From an uncultured Treponema sp. (GTDB lineage Bacteria > Spirochaetota > Spirochaetia > Treponematales > Treponemataceae), in assembly GCA_963547785.1 (NCBI GenBank), contig CAUUSH010000007.1, positions 3,193 through 67,192 of the forward strand: 64,000 nucleotides of DNA. Direction: 5' to 3'. Below, in pieces: positions 40,201-50,186 of this stretch. A program made the position numbers and the translations under genes. Numbering within the stretch: position 1 is the first letter of the stretch; each line of letters begins with the position of its first letter. The notes below the pieces were generated by a model, which saw only the letters and a list, made by a program, of their open reading frames with translations, had not been told where the DNA came from and made no database searches.

Positions 40201-40743
40201 AAATCGATAGGTTTGAGGAAATTTTATTCCGCTGTTTCCTATACGTATGTGTTTTACATAAGAATCCTCTTTCCCAAAATAACCGAAAGCCAAAACACTT
40301 TTTTCGTATTGGTCCTTATATAAAACTTCAAAATAAAAACGCTTATTTAATAAAAGCCATAACGATAAATTAGCCTGCTGTTTAAATATAGTCTGAACGG
40401 AATTTGCCCGTGTATAATTATCAAAAATTTCAAAGCTTGCCGTACCTAAAAGATTTAGCTCCCAAAATCCGTCCAAAAAAAGCACAATATCCTTCTTGTC
40501 AAAATTTTTAAAATAGAGATTCGCCTTGTTTTCTCCAGTTCTATTTTTTATTAGGTTAATTTCTTCTTCAATATTTTTGTTTTGTTCTTCGGAAAGATTA
40601 AAACCTATTTGAGAATTTTCATCGATTTCTTTCTCTTTTAAATTACTTTCAGCGCTATTATTATAATCGATATTATCAGAATTTTCTTGGGCAGTTAGAA
40701 TACTTAAAAATAAATAAATAAAAAAGATGATCTTTTTTTTCAT
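37216..40743 (-). CDS. Large exported / probable outer-membrane hypothetical protein
   Basis: 1175 aa; signal peptide; beta-rich; ends with alternating pattern LNLTLGITGKLEY. Confidence 0.75.
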   Translation of the reverse strand: MKKKIIFFIYLFLSILTAQENSDNIDYNNSAESNLKEKEIDENSQIGFNLSEEQNKNIEEEINLIKNRTGENKANLYFKNFDKKDIVLFLDGFWELNLLGTASFEIFDNYTRANSVQTIFKQQANLSLWLLLNKRFYFEVLYKDQYEKSVLAFGYFGKEDSYVKHIRIGNSGIKFPQTYRFITTGGGNIIAPGIMGTFAGANWQADTVLRYESSAFNSKTYYGKNELVKNKISINNWSKGRYFYIPVNTLYGKTIDVFVKDSKFSSWRELSRDEFYIDASKKTLNLKEGFPYGVVIYYYNIKNDSQTEVNAHKIQVYNYFQTAFPAPYPLHITEILSQIDSSVYYKTVLGKEALVLKEDNKFSVFEIASRYEASSNQTEASVSVRNSADETEHNDFNANIEDTNLFLSSFNKISFIQVLNKDTSMDPAGQMFPFINDSIIYLPENTETSDFKSYILYETHIPVSDFLLPDTAIPGSIRVFKNKIQIFDFNYNEHTHILTLQQPVFSNDLIEIQWQEGKIYSDSGSVKFAGGIHWQPVNSLDIFLASSGDLEVSKKKKDFTDDYKVSAGIDFSKYNIKTGSHFGFNTIAGRNKNPKEQNYNFKSETYFEYKLKESIYKKNDVPIFSNPYFYADGNAEIDNKREPLQLHSKMEAGLDIWRILFSGILSLQNTDKHLKKITKPHVIESYGHSVTAPLYFFTAYENFFVNQNKELLRRENMLSFEKFVFSKLLTAIDYTKEYTTQKINSSVSPIFPKTRYGIFYSELSLSLNQKYKTLFNTSNLGYTAAWTNSLIDMYSQGKEDALYRNTQMKFIFNMFMGNDSDESKKVKFLGVNFDTSTLSNFTGDKQKQFNEQTKVSLSFSFAANDIFFTPVWERKILKQKSDDSLINEKNYREDLTELFLGMREQYWLFSKPVIYDMFDKKINDQIQLNNKNIYSFINLYGFNISRLISTTIKDLYIPIEFNTSLSRIVKSEKTDNIALNIYSLNFLLRYTTLNISGKYGYFDWFTWYNQDELNRKYNWNFSFGKDYFKFKLDAEHSLYYFFDNRNGIENKLGFENNFIINAVKTKNIKLYAQDWKEKFGFAFIYSGGSSLPSSLIRRFSNIPLSDSRKEKLSVEISQNTNLKKINYAVSFLHSQTTKIGEHGEIKIFAELQGTSTERNSFLLNLTLGITGKLEY

Positions 40744-40744
40744 T

Positions 40745-41989
40745 TTAATCCTTGGTATCTATTTTATCTTTTTTATTTATTACAAAATGAGGGGTATCGG
40801 AAATATCCCCATTCACAACGGGACGGTCTATCAAGCGCGCCGGTTTTAAAATTGCTTTTCCTTCTTTTTTTGCAATATTATATACCGCTTCTTCTATTTT
40901 TCTTTTTCTTAAATCTTTTTCGGAAGAAAAAAGTTCCGCTTGTATTTTCTTGCCGTCTATTTCGGTATTTATAATTGCAATCCCTAATAAGCGGATAGGC
41001 GTTTTATTATCGAATTTTTTATAAAAAAGAGCTTTTGAGCGGCTGTATAAATCCTGCACATCATTTATTGTATCTTCTGCCGATTGAACTGATACGGTTT
41101 TAAAATCGTTATAACGTATTTTGACTGCGACTGTTTTGCTTTTAACCTTTTCGTCTATAACCCTGTACATCAATTCGTTTGAAAGATGAAACAAAACGTC
41201 ATCGATATCTTCACGCAAAAAAAGATCGTTTTCAAAAGTTTGTTCGGTACTGATCGAATGATGTTTTACTTCATCCGAAAAAACATTGGTCACCCTGCCG
41301 CGTGCCGCATTGTATAAAAACTTACTGCCTGCATCCCCTAAAATAGTTTTTAATAGATATTCGCTTGCCGTTAATATTTGAGGAATATCCGTTAAGCCTG
41401 CGCGTATTAATTTTTCGCGTGTTTTTTTTCCTATTCCCCAAACATCTTTTAAAGGCAAAGTTCTCATAAATTCCGCTTCGCATCCACACGATACAATAAA
41501 AAGTCCGTCCGGTTTCGATTTCCCCGATGCAATTTTTGCAATGTATTTATTTGAACCGCAACCGATAGAAACAGTTAATCCGGTTTTTTCAAGAATTTCT
41601 TGTTTTAATAACAAAGCTGATTGTTCTGCTGTGCCTAAAAGCTTTTCCATTCCAGTCATGTTTAAAAAAGCCTCGTCTATCGAAATTTGCCTGACTTCGG
41701 GTGTAAAGTTTTTTAAAATATTCATTACCTCTTTGGATTTTTCGTGGTACCTTTTCATTCTTGCTTTAATAAAGATGCCGCCGGGACAAAGTTTTTTCGC
41801 CTTCAACATAGGCATTGCCGAATGAACGCCAAATTTCCTCGCCTCATAAGAACAAGTTGCAACAACTGAACGCCTTGTGTTCCCTCCAACTATCACCGGC
41901 AGCCCCTTATATTCGGGATTATCCAGCTGTTCAACTGAAGCATAAAACGCATCAATATCTACGTGAAAAAAGATATTGCTTTTATTCAT
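40745..41989 (-). CDS. dinB: DNA polymerase IV
   Basis: HVDIDAFYASVE, SYEARKFGVHSAM, SIDEAFL, KPDG and RLLGI motifs. Confidence 0.95.
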   Translation of the reverse strand: MNKSNIFFHVDIDAFYASVEQLDNPEYKGLPVIVGGNTRRSVVATCSYEARKFGVHSAMPMLKAKKLCPGGIFIKARMKRYHEKSKEVMNILKNFTPEVRQISIDEAFLNMTGMEKLLGTAEQSALLLKQEILEKTGLTVSIGCGSNKYIAKIASGKSKPDGLFIVSCGCEAEFMRTLPLKDVWGIGKKTREKLIRAGLTDIPQILTASEYLLKTILGDAGSKFLYNAARGRVTNVFSDEVKHHSISTEQTFENDLFLREDIDDVLFHLSNELMYRVIDEKVKSKTVAVKIRYNDFKTVSVQSAEDTINDVQDLYSRSKALFYKKFDNKTPIRLLGIAIINTEIDGKKIQAELFSSEKDLRKRKIEEAVYNIAKKEGKAILKPARLIDRPVVNGDISDTPHFVINKKDKIDTKD

Positions 41990-43988
41990 ACCGATTATCC
42001 TCGGCTGTTAAAACAAATTCTTTTTCGACTTTAAAAAGAAGTTTTGCATTTTTCGTTTTCGGAAATTCCGCGTCTTCGCCGGTTTGTCCCGCAAGATTAA
42101 AACCCGCCGCATAGGGCTTCCCGCTCACACTAATGCCGTCAATTTTATTACCGTAAAACCATGCATCTATTTTTACATGCAGCATGCTGTTTTTTTCAGT
42201 GGAAAACCTGACGGTAAAAGGTTCTTCCATGTTAAGCGGAGATAGAAAATCGACCGTGCGTCCCGTTGCATCAGCGGTAAATTCCGTATTCGCTTCATAA
42301 ACGGGAAAACCGTTTTCTTTTGTAATAAGTATATTTATAACAGCAGCCTGTTTTAGCGGTGTTATTTTTATTTCACCGATGCTTCGCTCAAGATAGTTTT
42401 CCAATTTTGTAAAAATGTCGATGAAGACATCGGTTTGCAGTTTTTTAAAATCGATAAAAAGAGAATCAATACTTATATCTTCTTGATTAAAATCTGAAAT
42501 AAGCTTTGCGGAATTTCCAGAAGCGGATATTTTATATATTAAAAAAGAGTTCTTTTGTGCTTCTTTAAAAAAAATGGGCCGTATAAATATAAACAAAACA
42601 GCAGCAAAAAAAACAGCGGATACTATAAATGGAAAAATAAATTTATGCCGGATGATTTTAGTATCTTTTTTTATTCTTAATATAAGACGGTTTACGGTTA
42701 AATTATAAGGAGTAAAAAATACTGCAGCAACAATATTGTTTGCATAAAAAAAAGTATGTATCAGATTATCGGTTATGAAAAATACAGGTAAAAAATAATA
42801 CAAAAGAAGAGCTGCGTTTAATATCAAAAAAAACGCTTGCATATATATCTTCTTAAATTTGGCGGATATAAAAGACAATAAATAAATCTCTAAAAACATC
42901 AGTGAAAAAGATAAATCAAAGCTTGAAAAAATAAAAATATTTATAAAACAAGACAGGCTTGTCAAATAAGCATAAATAAAAGTGTTTCTCGGAAGCTTGG
43001 AATTTATAAAATTCAGTATGGAAAAACTTATTAACATTCCGAATAGGAATTTACAAAAAACGGCAGTAATCGGAAATAAATCGATCGCTGCATAATTTCC
43101 GAATCTTATATAAAAAATATATTGAACAAGCCGTCCGCTTATATAAAATGCAAAAATATTAGATATAAAAAAGAAAATAGGTACACGCCATAATGTTAAT
43201 AAATCCCGTATATGTTTTTCTTTTTTTTTACCGAATACAAAACTGAACATAAACGTATATAAAAGACCGATGAACGTTATCGCTAATATAAGTATGATAA
43301 GAATTCTTTCGCTTATTATTTTGTATCCGAAAATATTTTTTATGTTGTAATGTCTATCCCATTTTTTTGAAATACCCTTTAACGCATAATTATTGATTAA
43401 GGCCTGTAACAGCGGCGTTATATCCATGCCGGATGATATTCCTATTGCAGCTATTTCCGCATCTAAATATTCACCGAGAATTGTATCGTTATTTATTATT
43501 CCGAGTCTATATAAAATGATATTGTTCGAATAAAAATCGGTTGAAAAGTTTTGTTTTTTTACGATTGTAAATAAATCCTGTACAAGCCACGCGGGGCTCG
43601 TTTTTCTATTTGCGCCTGCACTAATTTTAATCTTATTTTCATTTGTGTCCGAAAGGATAAATACGGCTGCATTTCCTGTTTCATGTATTTTCGTTATAAG
43701 TTCTTTTGTATTTTTATGCGCCTGCACGGGAACCGTTTTGGGAAGGTCAGGCGTATCGTTGTCGGTAATTGCAATTATTATGCGGACAGTCAGCTTTGTT
43801 TCTTTTAAATCTTCCGCAAGCAGTTCAAGCAGTTTTACCGCGCCGGTGTCCTTATTTTCCGTATTTCGAGAAGCCGTAAAAACCAAAACATTATCTATTT
43901 TGGGGCCAAACTCATAAACGGTATTTTCAGAAAAAAGTTTTATCAAAGAGAAGAGGATAAAAAATAACGTACCTGCGTTTTTTTTCAA
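41982..43988 (-). CDS. Multi-pass membrane protein with extracytoplasmic N-terminal domain
   Basis: Signal-like N-terminus, about 8 TM segments and a soluble C-terminus; TTG start. Confidence 0.7.
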   Translation of the reverse strand: MKKNAGTLFFILFSLIKLFSENTVYEFGPKIDNVLVFTASRNTENKDTGAVKLLELLAEDLKETKLTVRIIIAITDNDTPDLPKTVPVQAHKNTKELITKIHETGNAAVFILSDTNENKIKISAGANRKTSPAWLVQDLFTIVKKQNFSTDFYSNNIILYRLGIINNDTILGEYLDAEIAAIGISSGMDITPLLQALINNYALKGISKKWDRHYNIKNIFGYKIISERILIILILAITFIGLLYTFMFSFVFGKKKEKHIRDLLTLWRVPIFFFISNIFAFYISGRLVQYIFYIRFGNYAAIDLFPITAVFCKFLFGMLISFSILNFINSKLPRNTFIYAYLTSLSCFINIFIFSSFDLSFSLMFLEIYLLSFISAKFKKIYMQAFFLILNAALLLYYFLPVFFITDNLIHTFFYANNIVAAVFFTPYNLTVNRLILRIKKDTKIIRHKFIFPFIVSAVFFAAVLFIFIRPIFFKEAQKNSFLIYKISASGNSAKLISDFNQEDISIDSLFIDFKKLQTDVFIDIFTKLENYLERSIGEIKITPLKQAAVINILITKENGFPVYEANTEFTADATGRTVDFLSPLNMEEPFTVRFSTEKNSMLHVKIDAWFYGNKIDGISVSGKPYAAGFNLAGQTGEDAEFPKTKNAKLLFKVEKEFVLTAEDNRYE

Positions 43989-44001
43989 TTTATGTAAATC
44001 C

Positions 44002-44412
44002 TTAAGAGTTTAATTGTTCTGCGGTTAAAATTACACCCGTTTTAAACCAAGCCTCTATTTTTTTATATGAGTTATTAATTCTCCTTATTACGTCATTCGG
44101 GTCTATTTGAGTATTCCCGTGCGCCGCTAAATCGGGGTGGTGTTTTTTTATTAAGTGCTTCCATGCTTTTTTACAGTCTTCAAGAGGAACACCCGGCAGT
44201 ACATTTAAAACGGCAAAGTCTTCAACCAACTCAGGCGGAACGGGCACCCTTTTTGTTTCGGTGTTTATCAAAGGAGGCGGCCGCCGCTCCATTCTGCCGC
44301 CGATGGTTCTGTATTTGCCCGATTGCTTGTGAAGCGTATCAAACGGGTCTTCATCGGATGTGAGTGCGTCTTTTAAAATGTTTCCAAGTGTACCGTAATA
44401 ATTATCGCTCAT
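44002..44412 (-). CDS. J-domain protein
   Basis: C-terminal J domain with KKAW..LIKKHHPD and INNSY. Confidence 0.85.
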   Translation of the reverse strand: MSDNYYGTLGNILKDALTSDEDPFDTLHKQSGKYRTIGGRMERRPPPLINTETKRVPVPPELVEDFAVLNVLPGVPLEDCKKAWKHLIKKHHPDLAAHGNTQIDPNDVIRRINNSYKKIEAWFKTGVILTAEQLNS

Positions 44413-44416
44413 ATAC

Positions 44417-45553
44417 TTACCTTTGTATAAAGTCTTCCGTTAAAACCCCGCTTCCTGCGGATACGTCCTTTTGTAAAACCGCTCCTACAAAAAAATCCGC
44501 CTTTTCAGGTTCTTCTCCGGGCATTAGATTTTTTTCGGTACGCAAAACCGCTATATCTGCCCGCGTTATCACCGAACCTTTTTTTAATGCTTTTACATAG
44601 TGAAGGGAGCGGTTTGTTTTCCCGTAATTTTCTTTTTCCGCATCCCCTAATTTTTTTTCGCCCGAACCGATTACAGCGCGTATTTTTTCTTCCCTGTAGC
44701 CGAGTCTGTAAAGGTAATCGATTATTTCGCCGCTCGTATATACCGAACACTTTTTTACTGCGACACACATTTGTTTAAACATTGCAGGTTCGAGGGCTAC
44801 GGGGTCATCAAGGCCGTTTTCTTTTCTAGATAAACAAATATGCTTTTCTATAATAAAAGCGCCTTGCGAAAGGCTTAAAAGCGGCACAAGCACCGGATCC
44901 ATCGAATGATCGCTGAGCCCTGCCGGCACATTAAAAAGCGCCGCTAAATTCTTTATAAGCGAAAGGTTATAATCCGATTCGGGGGCAGGATAAGCTGTTA
45001 CGCAGTGAAGGACAGCAAGCGGCAAATCGGGAGCAGCTTCCCGCACTGTGAGGAGAGCCTTTTCTATATCGCACAAAAGAGAGACACCCGTAGAAAGAAT
45101 AAGAGGCAGATTAAAACCTGCCGCATATTTTAAAAGCTGCATATAATTTAATTCAGGCGAAGCGATTTTTATAAAATCGGGTTCCAAAGCGATAAGCTCC
45201 CGGCAGGAACGCAAACCGAAGGGCGTGGCGGAAAAAAGCAGATTTTTGTTTTTTGCATACACCGAAAGCTCTTTATAAAATTCTGCCTGAACTTCAAGTT
45301 CTTTAAACCTTTTATAAAGCTCTATTTTTCCCGTAGGCAAATCGACGGAACCCGTAGCAGGGTGCAGAATTTCTTCGGCATACACTATCTGAAATTTTAC
45401 TGCAGAAGCGCCCGCTTCAAAGGCGGCATCGATTAGAGCCTTCGCTTTACCGATATCGCCGTTATGGCCGGTTCCTATTTCCGCAATAATTAGAGGATTT
45501 TTTTTTGAAAAAATCCGTGTCTTAAGTCCTAGTTCCTCATTTTTTCCGCTCAT
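44417..45553 (-). CDS. NeuB/SpsE family (nonulosonic acid synthase) with SAF domain
   Basis: IIAEIG..HNGD, AVKFQ, KIAS, LILSTG, LHCVTAYP, GLSDHS and IEKH motifs. Confidence 0.9.
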   Translation of the reverse strand: MSGKNEELGLKTRIFSKKNPLIIAEIGTGHNGDIGKAKALIDAAFEAGASAVKFQIVYAEEILHPATGSVDLPTGKIELYKRFKELEVQAEFYKELSVYAKNKNLLFSATPFGLRSCRELIALEPDFIKIASPELNYMQLLKYAAGFNLPLILSTGVSLLCDIEKALLTVREAAPDLPLAVLHCVTAYPAPESDYNLSLIKNLAALFNVPAGLSDHSMDPVLVPLLSLSQGAFIIEKHICLSRKENGLDDPVALEPAMFKQMCVAVKKCSVYTSGEIIDYLYRLGYREEKIRAVIGSGEKKLGDAEKENYGKTNRSLHYVKALKKGSVITRADIAVLRTEKNLMPGEEPEKADFFVGAVLQKDVSAGSGVLTEDFIQR

Positions 45554-45697
45554 ACCGGCAAAATATTACATTAAATTATGAAAAAAAACAAGCACAAGGA
45601 AACAGCTCATATCTCCCGTATACGAACGGTCTTTTAAGATGAATTTCAGGGCGTAAAGTTGGCAAAACAAGCTCAAAAAGCGTAAAAAGAATTTAAT

Positions 45698-47395
45698 ATG
45701 AATATAGAAATACTAAGTTTTTCTTCTTTCGGTTATGAAGGAGAAATCGTAAAACTGGAAGCCGATTTAAGACGAGGCTTACCCGTAACGGACATTGTAG
45801 GACTGCCGGGTTCTGCCATAAAAGAGGCACGGGAGCGTGTCCGCGCGGCAATCCGCAACTGCGGGTTCGACTTCCCGTCAGGCAGAATTCTCATAAATTT
45901 AAGCCCTGCCGACCAAAAAAAAGAAGGCAGCGGCTTTGACTTGCCGATTGCGCTTTCTATTTTAACTGCAAAAGAAAAAACGGCTATTTCGGAAACTGAC
46001 GAAGATGAGGACGATCCGCTTCAAGCGGAAAACAGCCGGAAACCTGAGAGCCCTAAAGCAAAAAGACGCGTTATGATAATGGGCGAACTGGAACTTTCAG
46101 GCACATTACGGCCGGTAAACGGGGTACTGGGCGCTATTTCTGCCGGAACCGAAAACGGAATACGGTATTTTATCGTTCCGAAAGAAAACGAGGCCGAAGC
46201 TTCAATCCCGGAGCAGGCGCAGGTTTTCGGAGCGGAAACCTTAAAGGAAGCGCTAGAATTCCTATCGGACATTCAAAACCTTACGGAACCGGCAGGCGGC
46301 AGAAAAACGGACGATGGGCTTGAAAAAAGGTACGTTTTAGTCTGGACGGATACCAATACACGAAACGCAGATTTTTTAAACAGTAATTCGGACAGTTTTG
46401 AAGGTTTTGAAGATGTACGCGGACAGGACTCCCTGATCCGCGCCTTGGAAATAGCCGCCGCAGGAAGGCATAATCTGATAGCCTACGGACCGCCCGGCTG
46501 CGGAAAAACCCTTTCTCTCCGCCGTTTCCAAACCCTTCTTCCAGATATGGACTTTAAAACAGCCCGCGAAACAACCAGAATTTACAGCATTGCAGGTCTT
46601 TTACCGAATAGCCGCGAAAAGGACATTCTTTTAAAACGGCCACCGTTCAGAATGCCGCACCCGAATGCCAGCATGGAAGGCATAATAGGGGGAGCAGGCA
46701 AATGTATGCCCGGAGAAGTTTCGCTTGCCCACGGCGGGGTACTCTTTTTAGACGAAGCCGCCCAGTTTAAAACGTCCGTCCTGCAAACCCTGCGCGCTCC
46801 GCTTGAAACGGGAGAAGTAACATTAAGCCGTGCAGGAAGAAGCTCCACCTTTCCAGCCGATTTTCAACTTTTACTGGCCATAAATCCGTGCCCATGCGGT
46901 AACTTCGGAAGCGAAGGAAAAATATGCACCTGTATGCCTGCGGAAATCGAAAGATATTGGAAAAAACTTACAGCTCCCCTATTGGACAGAATCGATATTA
47001 GAATTCCGGTTTTTCCGCCGAAAGCCGACCTCTTTTTAAAAAACGAAAAATATTCTACCGAAAAAATGAGGCTTAGGATAAAAAGAGCCAAAGAACTGCA
47101 ATGGGAACGGACATACAAGTCTTCTGCATTACCGGACAGTAAAATTAGAAATTATGAAAATTCAAACCTTTTACCTAAGAATACACCTAAAATATGCATT
47201 ATGACGGATGAAGCCGGCACCCTTTTTTCGGCTGCGGTAGAAAAGAAAAAACTCTCAGGCAGGGGAAGCCACGCAATTTTAAAAATTTCTAGAACCATAG
47301 CCGACCTTGAAGCTGCCGAAAAAATCTCCTCCGCCCATATCGAAGAAGCCGTTTCATTACGCCAATGGATAAACTATCTTCCCGATTTTTTATAA
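45698..47395 (+). CDS. comM: YifB/ComM Mg-chelatase-like AAA ATPase
   Basis: IVGLP...IKEARERV, INLSPAD..KEG..FDLPIA, GPPGCGKT, PGEVSLAHGGVLFLDE, NPCPCG and LLDRID motifs. Confidence 0.92.
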   Translation: MNIEILSFSSFGYEGEIVKLEADLRRGLPVTDIVGLPGSAIKEARERVRAAIRNCGFDFPSGRILINLSPADQKKEGSGFDLPIALSILTAKEKTAISETDEDEDDPLQAENSRKPESPKAKRRVMIMGELELSGTLRPVNGVLGAISAGTENGIRYFIVPKENEAEASIPEQAQVFGAETLKEALEFLSDIQNLTEPAGGRKTDDGLEKRYVLVWTDTNTRNADFLNSNSDSFEGFEDVRGQDSLIRALEIAAAGRHNLIAYGPPGCGKTLSLRRFQTLLPDMDFKTARETTRIYSIAGLLPNSREKDILLKRPPFRMPHPNASMEGIIGGAGKCMPGEVSLAHGGVLFLDEAAQFKTSVLQTLRAPLETGEVTLSRAGRSSTFPADFQLLLAINPCPCGNFGSEGKICTCMPAEIERYWKKLTAPLLDRIDIRIPVFPPKADLFLKNEKYSTEKMRLRIKRAKELQWERTYKSSALPDSKIRNYENSNLLPKNTPKICIMTDEAGTLFSAAVEKKKLSGRGSHAILKISRTIADLEAAEKISSAHIEEAVSLRQWINYLPDFL

Positions 47396-47475
47396 AAAAC
47401 CTATCCAACTTCTTTCGTTATAAGCCCCATATCAATCTTGTTATGATGTTAATTTTATGATAGAATACTTACAAG

Positions 47476-48372
47476 ATGAAAAATTGTTTTCTAGTACCGG
47501 TAGTTTTTATTGTTAATTTTTGTTTTTGGCTCTTAGCTTCTTCTCTTTTTTTAGGGATATGGCAATACCTATTGTCGAATCCTCAAGGGCTGACCTTTTT
47601 GACGTATTCGTTTTTTCATTACTTGTATCTATTAACACCCGTCGCCTGTACCATAGCAATTTTTTCGGTTTACGTCTTTTTAATGCGGCATCGTAGCAAA
47701 GTATGGCTTTCATTTCTCTTGCTGTTTTTCACCTTCGCCGTCTTTTTTGCAGCCGTTATCCCCCAGATCTATTCTCAAGGAAAAAAAATAGATGCAAACT
47801 TTTATTCTGCGGAAAAAATGCCCGTTCAAGACCAATACCTTGAAGGCTTTATAAGCCCGCCCAATGTCATACAAAGAACAATAAAGCTCATAAATCCTAT
47901 AATCACCGATATATACGGCCATTATACTGTAAGCTATAAGAACTATTTGATTTTTGCAGGCGCTTTTTTCTTTTTTATATTTTCGCTTTGGGTATGCACG
48001 GTAATAATGGAGTGGAAAATAATAAACTTTGCCATGCTGCCGTTTTTTACGCTTTTAAGCGCTTACGGATACGGCTTTGCGGTTTCGCCCATGTTTAAAG
48101 CTAAAATAAAGGCACTCATTCCCCTGCCCGTTCCCGACTTTTGGATTATCCCTGCATGTTTTGCGGCTGCAGGCCTTTTGTTTTTGCTTTATACCGTCAT
48201 TTTGCTGACTATCCGCCGCTCTAAAACCAAATACGGGCAGTCTAGAATCAAACAGCAAAAAATGAGACTTGGGCGCGTCAAAAAGGCAAAGCCCGAAAAA
48301 AGCACAAATTTCAGTTCAAGACGAAGGCCGCGGCAAAGCAGGCGATCAAGAAAAAATAAAGATGAGGAATAA
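47476..48372 (+). CDS. Membrane protein with basic C-terminal tail
   Basis: Six hydrophobic segments and an R/K-rich tail; TGnTAGAAT -10 box at 47458-47466. Confidence 0.7.
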   Translation: MKNCFLVPVVFIVNFCFWLLASSLFLGIWQYLLSNPQGLTFLTYSFFHYLYLLTPVACTIAIFSVYVFLMRHRSKVWLSFLLLFFTFAVFFAAVIPQIYSQGKKIDANFYSAEKMPVQDQYLEGFISPPNVIQRTIKLINPIITDIYGHYTVSYKNYLIFAGAFFFFIFSLWVCTVIMEWKIINFAMLPFFTLLSAYGYGFAVSPMFKAKIKALIPLPVPDFWIIPACFAAAGLLFLLYTVILLTIRRSKTKYGQSRIKQQKMRLGRVKKAKPEKSTNFSSRRRPRQSRRSRKNKDEE

Positions 48373-48377
48373 TTTGA

Positions 48378-50156
48378 ATGAACAAGGTTTCAAGATTTTT
48401 ACCGTACATACTGCTTCACCTTGCCGCAGGCTTAATTTTCTGTTTTGTATCCGCTTTTTTAGAGCCTTTAAAAATTAGCCTTCTTCCCATTTATAATATC
48501 GGCTGGAGAATTAGGGATGCACTGCTGCTTTTTATCTCCTACTTTCCATTTTTATATATAAGCGCCGTTTTAACGGGCTACACCATCATTTTCAGCAAAC
48601 ACGGCCCCGTAAAAATGAGCCGGTTTGACCCAAGAATGCTTGCGTTCATACGATATTTTTTCATTCTTTCGATTGCAGCCGTTGCCGTCTATACAGCTAT
48701 GGGAGAAATGATACGCCCGATATTATACGAAAGGCAAATTTTGGAAACCGCAAAGACGGCAACCTATTATGAATACACAAAACTTGCAAAGGAAGCCTGT
48801 GATAAACACGACTATAAGGCCGCCGCTGCAGACGTACAACAGGCTCTGTCTATCTGGAAAGACGGAAAAGAAGCGCGGGAAATAGACGAAAAAATAAAAA
48901 TATCACAGGAAGAGCACGCCATAGAAGAAAATTCCTATATTCTTCCTCAGACAGACATAGAAATACCCGATACAATAGCCCCGGAAACCGCCCTTAAAAT
49001 CGCAGAGGATGCAATGCTTACCTTCGATTTTTACATGGCACACTATTATGCAAAACGGGCATTTGAAGGCTTTGAAAACACAAACCCGCTTAAAGAAACA
49101 GCCGGCACCCTGCAAGAAAAATCATGGAAAGAAATAGGGCTGGGCATTGACGAACATTTGGACAAACCGGAGATTGCACGGTTTTGGAAAAAGCGCAAGG
49201 CCTACGATGCTCTGCAAGCGGGAAACTATATTGAAGCCTACTACGGTTTTTTAAATGTGTATAAGGAGATTCTAACCTCTAAAAGCGATAAAAAAGACCC
49301 CGAAGTAGAAAGGTTTTTGCGTATTGCCGAAATTACCTTAAAAGAAAACGTATTTTTTGCCGATGAGCTTGATACTATTCCCGGCTTTGACGTAAGCAAA
49401 AAACTCAATTTTACGCTTGTTAATACCGGCGGAATTATAAAAACACATTTAAAAATCCGCGGAATTTCACACCCCTTAGGCAAGAGCCGTACGGAAATCT
49501 ATCTTAAAGATATAGACCTGCGGCAGTTTAACTCCGCCGGTACCACAGATAGAACTATCGTAATTCCGTATGCAAAACTGGTCGAAAAGAAAGATAAAGA
49601 AGGCGGTAAAACGCTGATGCTTCAGGTGAGAGCCATAGATAGAAATGTTCAAGGAAAGGATATTGCGCCTATCCTAAAAGACGGCTCTCAGTTTGAAGAA
49701 AATATCGACAACATCATCTTGCCTATGACCATAAGCGATTTTACCCTGCTTGAAAGAAGCGCTTCCGGCCCTGCAATGATGAAATTGGCAGACCTGTATT
49801 CTTTTGGAAAAAGTTCCGAAAATTACGGCTTCGATAAAAAACCATATCTCCGCGAAATGATTTTCAGGCTTGCAGAACCGCTTTTGCTTTTGATTATTTC
49901 CATTTTAGCCATTACCATCGCTTGGGAATTTAGGCTTTCACCAGGCAAAAAGTTTAAAAAACGATGGCTTTTTATAGTGCCCCTCTGTCTGTTTTTAGCC
50001 TATTTTTTGGTAGAACTCGTCCGGTACACAAGCCGGCTTGAGACAGCTTTTTTTACGGAAATTATACCGAATTATGCAATATTTATAATGATGGGGGTAT
50101 TCGTTTTTTCGTTTATCGTTACAACGATCATTCTGTTTTGCCAACGTTCCGAATAA
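48378..50156 (+). CDS. Membrane protein with large helical loop
   Basis: Three N-terminal and three C-terminal TM segments around a soluble region; GAGG upstream. Confidence 0.75.
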   Translation: MNKVSRFLPYILLHLAAGLIFCFVSAFLEPLKISLLPIYNIGWRIRDALLLFISYFPFLYISAVLTGYTIIFSKHGPVKMSRFDPRMLAFIRYFFILSIAAVAVYTAMGEMIRPILYERQILETAKTATYYEYTKLAKEACDKHDYKAAAADVQQALSIWKDGKEAREIDEKIKISQEEHAIEENSYILPQTDIEIPDTIAPETALKIAEDAMLTFDFYMAHYYAKRAFEGFENTNPLKETAGTLQEKSWKEIGLGIDEHLDKPEIARFWKKRKAYDALQAGNYIEAYYGFLNVYKEILTSKSDKKDPEVERFLRIAEITLKENVFFADELDTIPGFDVSKKLNFTLVNTGGIIKTHLKIRGISHPLGKSRTEIYLKDIDLRQFNSAGTTDRTIVIPYAKLVEKKDKEGGKTLMLQVRAIDRNVQGKDIAPILKDGSQFEENIDNIILPMTISDFTLLERSASGPAMMKLADLYSFGKSSENYGFDKKPYLREMIFRLAEPLLLLIISILAITIAWEFRLSPGKKFKKRWLFIVPLCLFLAYFLVELVRYTSRLETAFFTEIIPNYAIFIMMGVFVFSFIVTTIILFCQRSE

Positions 50157-50186
50157 GATTAAAACCTGATGCCTTAAACGGATTAC

